Source of the DNA: Dehalococcoidia bacterium
Lineage (GTDB): Bacteria > Chloroflexota > Dehalococcoidia > Lucifugimonadales > GCA-2712585
Length of the DNA: 64,000 nt
Assembly: GCA_965208725.1 (NCBI GenBank)
Contig: CBDBPI010000002.1
Coordinates: forward strand, 936,427-1,000,426
Direction: 5' to 3'
Shown: one piece after another, positions 26,841-35,069 of the stretch
Position numbering within the stretch: the stretch's first letter is position 1
How the letters are laid out: each line of letters opens with the position of its first letter
Position numbers and translations under genes: made by a program
The notes under the pieces: model-generated
Databases searched by the model: none
Told to the model about the DNA's origin: nothing
Seen by the model: the letters and a program-made list of their open reading frames with translations, nothing else

Positions 26841-28499
26841 ATGAACCGAGACACACGAACACTGAAATACCTGGCCTCGATGCCTTACCTGGACCGGCTG
26901 GAACTGGCCGCCGTCTCCGACGTGCCGGACAGGACCATGCATGACGTAGTTGCGGGTCTGAAATCGAAGGGCCTTGTCTCATGGGTCCGACACTCCACGG
27001 AATACATAGCCTCAACACGACGGCTCTACGTTACGAGGAAAGGTCTCCAAACTTTGTCAGACCAGCTAGAAGTGGACCTGCTTGATCTTATCCAGTTCTT
27101 TCCGGTCTCCCGCCACTGGCAGCGCAACCTTCTGGCTCGACTGGATGCTATAGGAGTCATATACCGGCTGGCCACGTCGGTCGCTATTCTGGCAGGCGCA
27201 ATTGATTTCAGATGGTACCGCAGGTCACCCCTGGACGCCGGCATCATGCTCGGCGACGGGCGCGCTATCGGCGTGTTGAGGCAGGGTGCCACCACGGACA
27301 AGACGGGCTTCTCCAAGAGGATCTGGCGGCTGCTGGACAGCGACATAAAGGCCCTTACCGCCCTGCTGGTGATAGTGCCGGACGAGATGCGTATGCGTCA
27401 CACCCGGCGGCTTCTCAGAAACACCTTAGTGCCGGTATTCCTGGCCCTAGAAAAGCAGGTCGCCCAGAACATGGCGGGCCAGCATATATGGCGCATACCC
27501 TCCGCCAGCGTAGAGATAGACCTGGAATTTATCATGAAGAACCTGAACTCGAAGGGGATTCTTCCCGAGGAACAACCTCTCACGAGGTCCCTCATGCCCA
27601 AGGAGATCGAGGAGCTTGACGGAGACCTCAGGGTTGCGGAACACCTGCTGCCCGCCGCGCTGAAGCCAGGAATGAAGCGAACCATGGATATGCTGGCCGA
27701 TTGGCCTTGGGTCACTCACAAGGACCTCAGCGGCCTGCTGGGCGTAACCGCTCAGAGAACCTCCCAGTTGACGATTCCCCTGGTAAAAAGCCAGCTGGCC
27801 TGCCGGATCTACATGCAAGGTAGGGAACGATTGGCCCTTAGTGAGTGGGGCTGGGCCGTCCTGGCCCGTCGCGACCGTACATCCGTGGGCAGATTGAGAA
27901 GCCAGTGGGATGTGGAAACCGTCGATGGCAAGGATCCGAAGACGTGGAGGGAAGTCTTTGGGAGGCGGAGCAGGCTGCTGGCCCGCAACTTGGAGCATAC
28001 TCAATCAGTTCACGGCTTCCTTGCCAAGCTGTCGAGGCAGGCCAAGGACCGCAACTTCAGCATCAACTTGCTGGAGCCGCCTCACAAGGCCACCCGGGAC
28101 TTCAAGCACAACTACAAGACGCGGTCAATTCATCCCGACGCCTTTGGGATGCTGAAGAAAGGAGATAAGCTACTACCCTTCTTTCTGGAGTGGGAGCGAA
28201 GGGCAGTGAGGCCTGGGACAATGGCGGACCGGCTTGCTCCTTACCTACGCTATTATTCGTCCCTAAACCCGATGGACGATCATGGTGCAACTCCCATGGT
28301 GCTTATCGTCTTCGACGACATGCTGGTAGAATCCAGGTTTCACAGCGTGGCCCGCAGGGAGATGGCCAGAACAGTGGTCAAGCTGCCGTTGTGGGTGTCC
28401 CACAAGGAAATGATCGAGAAGGAGGGTCCTCTAGGCAGAGCATGGCGGAACCCGGACTACCTGGAGTACACGGACGCCTTTGGGATGGCAGCTCGGTAG
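26841..28499 (+). CDS. Replication-relaxation (Replic_Relax)-like protein with duplicated winged-helix modules
   Basis: Two wHTH-like segments (LKYLASMPYLDRLELAAVS..., MDMLADWPWVTHKDLSGLLGV...). C-terminal IHPDAFGML...FFLEWERRAV...LAPYLRYY resembles the PDa...lEvDrgte...Y core. Start uncertain (26721/26811/26841). Confidence 0.5.
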   Translation: MNRDTRTLKYLASMPYLDRLELAAVSDVPDRTMHDVVAGLKSKGLVSWVRHSTEYIASTRRLYVTRKGLQTLSDQLEVDLLDLIQFFPVSRHWQRNLLARLDAIGVIYRLATSVAILAGAIDFRWYRRSPLDAGIMLGDGRAIGVLRQGATTDKTGFSKRIWRLLDSDIKALTALLVIVPDEMRMRHTRRLLRNTLVPVFLALEKQVAQNMAGQHIWRIPSASVEIDLEFIMKNLNSKGILPEEQPLTRSLMPKEIEELDGDLRVAEHLLPAALKPGMKRTMDMLADWPWVTHKDLSGLLGVTAQRTSQLTIPLVKSQLACRIYMQGRERLALSEWGWAVLARRDRTSVGRLRSQWDVETVDGKDPKTWREVFGRRSRLLARNLEHTQSVHGFLAKLSRQAKDRNFSINLLEPPHKATRDFKHNYKTRSIHPDAFGMLKKGDKLLPFFLEWERRAVRPGTMADRLAPYLRYYSSLNPMDDHGATPMVLIVFDDMLVESRFHSVARREMARTVVKLPLWVSHKEMIEKEGPLGRAWRNPDYLEYTDAFGMAAR

Positions 28500-28639
28500 A
28501 TTGACAGCACAAGAGTGAGGGCGCACGATGAGAAGGTGACTTCTCAAGTAATCAGAGATGAGATGGCAACAAGTCATGACGTTTTCGCAGCTACACCAAC
28601 CGAAAGCACATGAGCATAACAACGAAACAACCACGCGAC

Positions 28640-29129
28640 CTCATGTCGACGGCCCTGAATGTCAGTGTCTCATGCGACAGGAAGGACGTGCACCTTCCGT
28701 ATCCGCTCAGATGAGGGCGCTGTGAGACTCTTCCGACAACAACCGTTACTGGGCGGTCCCCGAGAATGCTTACGACGCTGAAAACGGACTAATCGCCAAC
28801 AGATCCAAGTTGCGCAAGAAGATAGATGAAGGCCGTCAGCCCAACGGTCCCTTTAGGGCGAGTTTGGTCGGGAAGCTCAACATGTTCACAAGTAGAAAGG
28901 AGCACGTGGTAGCCCACAAGTCCATGCTCTATCCCAAGGGCATCGAGGTCACGTCAATCACGGAGCACGCCGACGATACTCCCACTAGGAAGCTGAGGGA
29001 AGCCATAATCGAAAGCATTGATAAGTTCTGAACTGTGAACCTAGCCGAGAAGGTCCGGCGGGGACCTGAGAGAGGCGGCTTCAAAGGGGTTTACTGGACT
29101 ACTTCCCTGGCCCGTATGGCTGGAGAAGG
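28640..29129 (+). pseudogene. Serine recombinase (resolvase-domain) remnant, multiple frame breaks
   Basis: ...KGIEVTSITEHADDTPTRKLREAIIESIDKF, then a stop, then NLAEKVRRG... This is the end of a resolvase catalytic domain. Upstream frames show ...RIRSDEGA (the YxRVSxxxQ region) with stops. Confidence 0.45.
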
Positions 29130-29354
29130 GTGCTTGTGCAGGGCGGCATCGAAGCGTTTCTCCACCGGGAGTTGCTACCCTACGCTCCCGACGCTTGGTA
29201 CGTGCCTTCCAAGGTGAAGGTTGGCTACGAAATCAGCTTCACCCGGCACTTCTACAAACCCCAGCCATTGCGTCCGTTAGAGGAGATACGCTCTGATATA
29301 CTGGGGTTGAAGCGGAAGACGGAAGGGTTGTTGGCGGAGATTGTGGGAGGCTAA
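29130..29354 (+). pseudogene. 3'-terminal fragment of a second hsdM
   Basis: FLHRELLPYAPDAWYVPSKVKVGYEISFTRHFYKPQPLRPLEEIRSDILGL is the conserved extreme C-terminus of type I M subunits. No catalytic part lies upstream. Confidence 0.6.
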
Positions 29355-29360
29355 ATTAAC

Positions 29361-29750
29361 GTGGCTACTCTGAACATTTTCGTGAGCTTCGAGTTCGACA
29401 AGGACAACGACCTCAAGAACAACTTCATTGAGCAGGCTAGAGAATATACGCAACATCGCATTCGCAACTTCTCGCTCAATGAGGCTTACCCGGATGAAGT
29501 TTGGAAAAACAAGGCAAGGGCAGCCATTAGTGAGTGCGACGTAGTCGTGGTGCTGATTGGTCAGGACACCCACAATGCTCAAGGCGTTATAGTAGAGACT
29601 GACATGGCCCGAAGCCTGAACAAGCCTGTTATCCAAGTCAGGCCCCAGGGCAGGCCGTACAATGGGCTAACCCGCCTGGAAGAACCGATCCCATGGAAAT
29701 GGAAAAGGATAAGAGCCGAGTTGGATGTTATTGCAAAAAGAGGGAGATAA
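29361..29750 (+). CDS. Small TIR/MTH538-like protein (129 aa)
   Basis: NIFVSFEFDKDNDL start, CDVVVVLIGQDTH, GVIVETDMA Glu. Flavodoxin-like alternation typical of TIR-like domains. Confidence 0.55.
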   Translation: MATLNIFVSFEFDKDNDLKNNFIEQAREYTQHRIRNFSLNEAYPDEVWKNKARAAISECDVVVVLIGQDTHNAQGVIVETDMARSLNKPVIQVRPQGRPYNGLTRLEEPIPWKWKRIRAELDVIAKRGR

Positions 29751-29790
29751 ATATCCCTGTAGACTGCTGAGTAGGGGGCAGAGAAAACAA

Positions 29791-30222
29791 ATGCCAAAAC
29801 TGGACCACGAATCATCTGCCGTGCGAGCGCACATTGAGATGATGCAGGGCGTGATTACGCGAATGGCGGAGAACAGCCGCTCCTGCAAACTTTGGTGCGT
29901 CACCCTAGTCGCTGCAATCCTGGTATTGGTGGCACGCACTGGCGAACCGCGGCATGTGTTGATAGCCTTGGTTCCGACCCTGCTGTTCCTGTTTCTGGAC
30001 TCCTACTATCTGGCACTGGAAAGGGCCTTCATCAAGTCGCAGAACGCATTCGTGGCCAAGCTGCACGACAACGAACTGAAAAAATCCGAGGTCTACAAGG
30101 TTGTTCCGACAGGTATGAACTGGCGTCTTGTCGTCCGATGTCTCTGGGGATCAATTTCCATTTTGCCGTTTTATGTTCCGGTAGCCGCTACCGTCTTTGT
30201 GGCTTGGTGCTGGGTACTGTAG
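29791..30222 (+). CDS. Membrane protein, 3 predicted TM segments (143 aa), no known domain recognised
   Basis: Amphipathic N-terminal helix, then WCVTLVAAILVLVA, VLIALVPTLLFLFLDSYYLAL and ISILPFYVPVAATVFVAWCWVL. An alternative start at 29725 overlaps the upstream gene. Confidence 0.55.
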   Translation: MPKLDHESSAVRAHIEMMQGVITRMAENSRSCKLWCVTLVAAILVLVARTGEPRHVLIALVPTLLFLFLDSYYLALERAFIKSQNAFVAKLHDNELKKSEVYKVVPTGMNWRLVVRCLWGSISILPFYVPVAATVFVAWCWVL

Positions 30223-30236
30223 GCGGAGCGGCAGTA

Positions 30237-30800
30237 ATGGCGAAGAAGACTCCCAGACATAGAGTGTTTATCAGCTTCCACGAGAAGGACATTGAGTACA
30301 AGAAAAAGTTTGTCCAAATGATGGGGAAGCGTATCGTTGATAGGTCCGTTGACACCGGGAACATAGATGATACTGGCCTGAAAACGGCTACGGTGCGTCA
30401 GAAGATTCGGGATGACTACATTCGCGACGCAAGCGTTACCATTGTCCTCATAGGTCCTCGCACATGGCAGAGAAAGCATGTGGACTGGGAGCTTGGTTCC
30501 AGCATTAGAAGAACCAAGAAGAATTCCAGGTGTGGACTGGTGGGAATTCTATTGCCGCATCACCCCAACTACGGCAAGAAGCGCAATCCACGCCTGATAC
30601 CTCCGAGGCTGGCCGACAATTGCAAAGGAGAAGACCCATACGCGCTCATCCACGATTGGCCGAAGCCTTGGGCGCCCGCAAAGGTGGCCAGATGGATACA
30701 TCGTGCGTTTGTACGCAGAGATGGGACACCACCGACCAACTCACGAAAGCCGTTTGGGCGCAATAGGACCAGGGATTACAGGAAGGGTTGGCAGCAATAG
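30237..30800 (+). CDS. TIR-like (DUF1863 / ThsB-like) protein
   Basis: RVFISFHEKD, SVTIVLIGPRTWQRKHVDWELGS, LIPPRLADN. Clear paralogue of 9962..10645. The longer track ORF (29892..) is an out-of-frame overlap with the TM gene. Confidence 0.7.
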   Translation: MAKKTPRHRVFISFHEKDIEYKKKFVQMMGKRIVDRSVDTGNIDDTGLKTATVRQKIRDDYIRDASVTIVLIGPRTWQRKHVDWELGSSIRRTKKNSRCGLVGILLPHHPNYGKKRNPRLIPPRLADNCKGEDPYALIHDWPKPWAPAKVARWIHRAFVRRDGTPPTNSRKPFGRNRTRDYRKGWQQ

Positions 30801-30887
30801 GGCAGTTGCAGATTCCTCTTTGCTTTGGGATTAGATGCGTGCCGACATCCAGGCCCGTTGGCGTCTATGCGAAAGGGTGTAATCGAA

Positions 30888-31868
30888 ATGGGAAATGAGT
30901 CGATTCATAACATATCTCAGTCACTACGAGATATCGTGTTTAATCCTTTGACGGAGCATCTATTTCGAAAGAGTTCCCATATCAGTTACCAAGTCGTAAC
31001 TTGCCTTGATTCGATAGAGGATGCTCAGGTCGCAATTGACGGATATCGACAACTCGAACGTTCACAATTTCTTGCGCACAAGGGGAAAGTGTACCTTGTG
31101 GTTTATGGAGTGCTGCAAGGGATATTCCTCCAGCAGGACGCACTCAAAGACCTGGCAAATGCTCTTCACTTTCCGTTCCGAATTGGTGATTATCAGGACT
31201 TAAAGACAATTCGCGATATCAGGAATCAGATTGTTGGACATCCAACGAATTACAGTAGGGGCAAGAGCGAATCGTACTTCAGGATCAATAGAATTTCGTT
31301 GTCACTGGATGAGTTTGATGTTCTTGAATTCAACAGGTTGGATGGGCAGAGACAAATAGCATCAGTCAACATCACGCAGTTACTTATCGACAACGAGAAA
31401 CTAGTAGTAAAGGCAATGAAGGATCTAAGGAACAAGTTAGAAACAGATATAAGAAAGCATAAATCCCAGTTTCGCGGCAAACCTCTAGCTGATTGCATCG
31501 ATAAATCGCTTAGTTATATGTGTGAGAAAGTCAGGGCAGGTGCGTCAGCCTCTAATGACGAATTCGCCCGCCATTCAGCGGGTGCTGCCCTGAAAACCAT
31601 AGAGCACACATTGAGGGACCTATGCAAGGCCTTATGCGAACGAGGTAAACGTCCTAAAGACTGGGCTGGTGTGGACTTAATTTGGGACGAACTCCAATAT
31701 CCAATGAAGGCGCTACGAGCCTTCTATCTGAATGAAAGCAATGAAGCTCAGGTTCCTCAGCCGGAAGCCGTCAGAATCTTTGCGTTGTATTTGGATTCGA
31801 AATTGATAGAACTAAGAGAAATTTGCCGCGAAATAGACGGGTTTTACAGTAGCAATGAAACATCGTAG
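30888..31868 (+). CDS. HEPN-motif protein (~326 aa), Abi-like
   Basis: IRDIRNQIVGHPT carries an Rx4-6H motif in an all-helical protein. Start uncertain (30825/30867/30888). Confidence 0.5.
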   Translation: MGNESIHNISQSLRDIVFNPLTEHLFRKSSHISYQVVTCLDSIEDAQVAIDGYRQLERSQFLAHKGKVYLVVYGVLQGIFLQQDALKDLANALHFPFRIGDYQDLKTIRDIRNQIVGHPTNYSRGKSESYFRINRISLSLDEFDVLEFNRLDGQRQIASVNITQLLIDNEKLVVKAMKDLRNKLETDIRKHKSQFRGKPLADCIDKSLSYMCEKVRAGASASNDEFARHSAGAALKTIEHTLRDLCKALCERGKRPKDWAGVDLIWDELQYPMKALRAFYLNESNEAQVPQPEAVRIFALYLDSKLIELREICREIDGFYSSNETS

Positions 31869-31873
31869 GCTGA

Positions 31874-32701
31874 GGCTCGAAATGCCTCCCCCTCCCCTCC
31901 TACCTCGCATACAAGCCCTCCGGCGTTTCCTGGCTGGGCGACGTGCCGGAGCATTGGGAGGTGAGGCGAATTGGGACGATTGCCAAGATCCTAAACGGCT
32001 CCACACCTTCAACCAGCAATCCCGACTATTGGGATGGCAACATTGTGTGGGTCACTCCTGACGATCTCGGCAAGTTGAGAGGCCGTTACATCTCTGGTAG
32101 TGCCCGCAAAATCACCGAGCAAGGATATAGAGCATGTAGGACCACATTGGCTGCGGCAGGTAGCATTGTAGTCTCGACACGGGCACCAATTGGACACCTT
32201 GGAATCCTTCTTTCGGACGGGTGCGTGAATCAAGGTTGCCGGATGCTGGTTCCGGATGGGGCAACAAATCCGGAGTACCTGTACTACGCTCTGAGCACTA
32301 CATCCTCAAGCCTTGCTTCATTTGGGCAAGGCAGCACCTTCACCGACTTGTCACGCACGCTTTTGGCTGCCTTTCGCCTCCCTCTCCCTCCCCTCGCGGA
32401 GCAGTTAGCCATTGTGGAGTTTCTGGAAAAAGCAACCTCTGACTTAGATGCCGCCATTGCCCGTGCCGGGCGGCAGGTTGAGCTGCTGCAAGAGCATCGA
32501 ATCCGCCTCATCGCCGACGTGGTCCCCGGCAAGCTGGACTTAGGCGAAGCGGCGTTAGAAATGCCGGAGGAACCCGCAAGGGAAGCCTCTATGGACACCA
32601 ATGGGCCGATGGCGGACAATGAAAGGGCAGGTTTGAAACCCGTCCCAACGTCAACGGCGTATGTCTGGTACGACAGCAACCGGCAACCGGAAGAGAGGTG
32701 A
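31874..32701 (+). pseudogene. Half-size hsdS (one TRD plus central conserved helix), no ATG, orphaned
   Basis: ...YKPSGVSWLGDVPEHWEV N-terminal conserved block, one TRD, then LPLPPLAEQLAIVEFLE...LLQEHRIRLIADVV. The tail is unrelated to a second TRD. Confidence 0.65.
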
Positions 32702-32705
32702 ACGC

Positions 32706-32990
32706 ATGACAGACTGGAGCAAGTGCCCGGCGGTAGAAGGCGTACCCGGCAGGGTGAGCGGCAACTGGGTCTTCAAGGACACTCGTCTACCGTTGTACGT
32801 TCTCTTTGAGAACCTTGCGGCGGGCGCGACCATCTACGATTTCATCGACTGGTTCGAGGGGGCGGATGAACCGGAAGTGAGGGCGGTGCTGGAGCACGTG
32901 GCCCAGGAACTCCGGGCCAAAGTCGCCCATGCGGATCCTGTTCCATCACGAGACACCCCGGCAGCTTTGGCGTCGGCTCTTTGGCCATGA
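32706..32990 (+). CDS. DUF433-like small protein (antitoxin-like)
   Basis: GRVSGNWVFKDTRLPLYVLFENLAAGATIYDFIDWF fits the DUF433 core (G.p.i.gTRipv..l...l..G.s..ei). Confidence 0.5.
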   Translation: MTDWSKCPAVEGVPGRVSGNWVFKDTRLPLYVLFENLAAGATIYDFIDWFEGADEPEVRAVLEHVAQELRAKVAHADPVPSRDTPAALASALWP

Positions 32991-33078
32991 AGTGGAAGAG
33001 ACTCTTATCTGCGATTCGCTAACCTTACGTTGCAACGCTTCAGGCAATGGCCTATGCTGTGAGGTACAACATCTGTGA
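32929..33078 (+). pseudogene. Possible truncated DUF5615 (Mut7-C/PIN-like) partner of DUF433
   Basis: 49-aa ORF MRILFHHETPRQLWRRLFGHEVEE... resembles the N-terminus of DUF5615 proteins and overlaps the DUF433 3' end. Too short to be functional. Confidence 0.3.
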
Positions 33079-33088
33079 GACTGTGAAC

Positions 33089-33505
33089 ATGAGAAACATA
33101 ACCGTATCCGTCGACGAGGAGACCCACCGGTTGGCCCGTATACGAGCGGCTGAACTGGATACGTCGGTATCGGCCCTGGTGCGGGAATACCTGCGGGAGC
33201 TGAGGAAGAAACCCATGACGGAGATTCCAACAGCGGACGACCAAGGGTCGCACGAAGACTATCTGCGAGGCTTGGACAATCTGTTTACTGATTGGGACGC
33301 GCATGGCGTTGGCTTACGCGGCTATGATCGTCTGACTCGTGAGGAAGTGCACGACCGACAGAGGGCAAGGCTGGAGATGCGTATGGCGATAGCCGAAGAG
33401 CGGAACGAGAACCTGGAGTCGGAGCTGGCCCGTTTGACCACATCCTTTGAAGAGGTAAATCACGAAGGTAAGGTAGCTGCCACAAAGGAAAAAGCGGAGG
33501 GATAA
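33089..33505 (+). CDS. Ribbon-helix-helix antitoxin (VapB-like)
   Basis: MRNITVSVDEETHRLARIRAAELDTSVSALVREYL is an RHH beta-strand plus two helices. Lies directly upstream of a PIN gene. Confidence 0.6.
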   Translation: MRNITVSVDEETHRLARIRAAELDTSVSALVREYLRELRKKPMTEIPTADDQGSHEDYLRGLDNLFTDWDAHGVGLRGYDRLTREEVHDRQRARLEMRMAIAEERNENLESELARLTTSFEEVNHEGKVAATKEKAEG

Positions 33506-33522
33506 GGACGCTGTCGAGATTC

Positions 33523-33939
33523 GTGGACACCAACGTGCTGCTGTATGCGGCGCTAGCTTCTCAAGAGGACGCGGAGAAGCGAAGAAAGGCGCGGGAGGTT
33601 CTGAAGGCTCACGACCTGGCGTTGTCGGTGCAGGTCTTGCAGGAGTTCTACTGGCAGGCCACTCATCCTGCCCGTACAGGCCGATTGCCGCATGCTCAAG
33701 CGATGGCATTTCTCCGGCTGTTTAGACACAAGCCCGTTCAACCAATGACCCGCGAGGTCTTTGAATTGGCAGTCATTATCAGCGAACGGTATCGGATTAC
33801 CTACTGGGATGGCGCAATCCTTGCCGCCGCACACTCCCTAGGCTGCGATGCGGTGTACTCGGAGGACCTCAGCGTAGGACAGGACTATGACGGCCTCCAG
33901 GTAATCAATCCCTTTGTGGAAGAGTCGATAGCTCCGTGA
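33523..33939 (+). CDS. vapC: PIN-domain toxin
   Basis: VDTNVLLYA start, ...YWDGAILAAAHSLGCDAVYSEDL acidic residues typical of VapC. GTG start. Confidence 0.8.
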   Translation: MDTNVLLYAALASQEDAEKRRKAREVLKAHDLALSVQVLQEFYWQATHPARTGRLPHAQAMAFLRLFRHKPVQPMTREVFELAVIISERYRITYWDGAILAAAHSLGCDAVYSEDLSVGQDYDGLQVINPFVEESIAP

Positions 33940-34417
33940 CCACCGACACCACAGAACGCGGGCTGGAGACTCCTATTGCAATTGGATGATGGGGGTGAGG
34001 AGTTAGGGCCAAGACGTAGACGGTGTGCGGGAGCGTCCGGCGAATTACTCTATCGGCTAGGACCTCGGTGATTCGAAGGACTACGAATGGAAATTCTGCG
34101 TTGACCTGGACAAGCTGTCGGCTTTTCTCCACCACACCCAGCCGGTAGTTGCCGAGTCTTTGGACCTGGGTAACGACAGTCCAACGAGGCGGAGATTTCT
34201 GGCCCGGCTTCAGAGGGAGATCACCAAGTGCGGGACGATTGACGTCTTGCGCAATGGCATCAAGCACGGTCACCACCAATTCGATTCGATGCATGGCACG
34301 CCGTCACCGGGCAACCGGAAGGCTAGGGACCTGTACGAGAAGAACCGCTTCAGCGTCACCAGGCAGCTCCGCTACAGTCGGGACGAGACCCAGCTTGCGA
34401 TTGACCTGGGTCTGTAG
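33940..34417 (+). pseudogene. 5' fragment of a second hsdR (about the first 160 codons, frameshifted)
   Basis: TTDTTERGLE..., YEWKFCVDLDKLSAFLHHTQP... and FLARLQREITKCGTIDVLRNGIKHG...NRFSVTRQLRYSRDETQLAIDLGL lie in three frames. No helicase part follows. Confidence 0.6.
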
Positions 34418-34840
34418 AGAGCCATTGCCGCCGATTTAGCCTTGCCATTGATGGACTTTCCTCCGAGGGAACAGTTGTTAATCCCTGTACATGGCTATGA
34501 CACTACGGATCCCGGTCTGATTCCAATGCTCCATAAGGGGGGGCCTGCGTGCCCCCCTCTATGAGGCCTTGGATATCGACTTCTACGCCGCCACACTCTG
34601 GGAGGGCACAGGGGATTCTTGCTCGAGGGGGTCTCCCGCGCGAGTCCCTCTCACGGACCATGGTAATTCGCCACCCGACTCCCCAAAATCTAGGCATGGA
34701 GACCGAGACGATATCCACAACATGGTGACGATGAGAAGTCGTTCCAACGGTGTACTCGAGGATTTCCCAGGACCGTGGAACTGATTCGGAAGAATGGGTT
34801 GATCGGAGCAATAATTTGGATTTATTGGAAGGAGAACACT

Positions 34841-35050
34841 ATGCAGGAGAGATTATTGAGACGTCGAGAAGTTGAGAGAATAACGGGGATAAGTCGTTCG
34901 TCTATCTATCGGCTAATGCAGGAAGGAGAGTTTCCAAGGCCCGTAAGGTTAGGTCCGGCTGCTGTTAGGTGGAGGGCCAGTGACATCACGGCCTGGATCG
35001 AGTCGCGGCCAATGGCGACGGGTGAATTTGGCCAGTCCAACGTTCGCTAG
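34841..35050 (+). CDS. AlpA/Xis-family excisionase-type regulator
   Basis: LLRRREVERITGISRSSIYRLMQEGEFPRPVRLGPAAVRWRASDITAWI is the AlpA HTH. GGAAGGAG RBS. Confidence 0.8.
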   Translation: MQERLLRRREVERITGISRSSIYRLMQEGEFPRPVRLGPAAVRWRASDITAWIESRPMATGEFGQSNVR

Positions 35051-35069
35051 ATTCGAAGCGACGGACGGT

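Noticed and set aside
29892-30236. The N-terminal 115 codons of track ORF 29892..30800 (302 aa).
   Set aside because: This part overlaps the 3-TM gene in another frame and is R/G/P-rich. The TIR-like homology and a GGAG-type RBS begin at ATG 30237.
22750-32701. Phase-variable hsdS shuffling between the full hsdS and the half hsdS.
   Set aside because: Both copies are in the same orientation, 7.6 kb apart. There are no inverted repeats between them and no adjacent dedicated invertase. The second copy belongs to a decayed separate operon.
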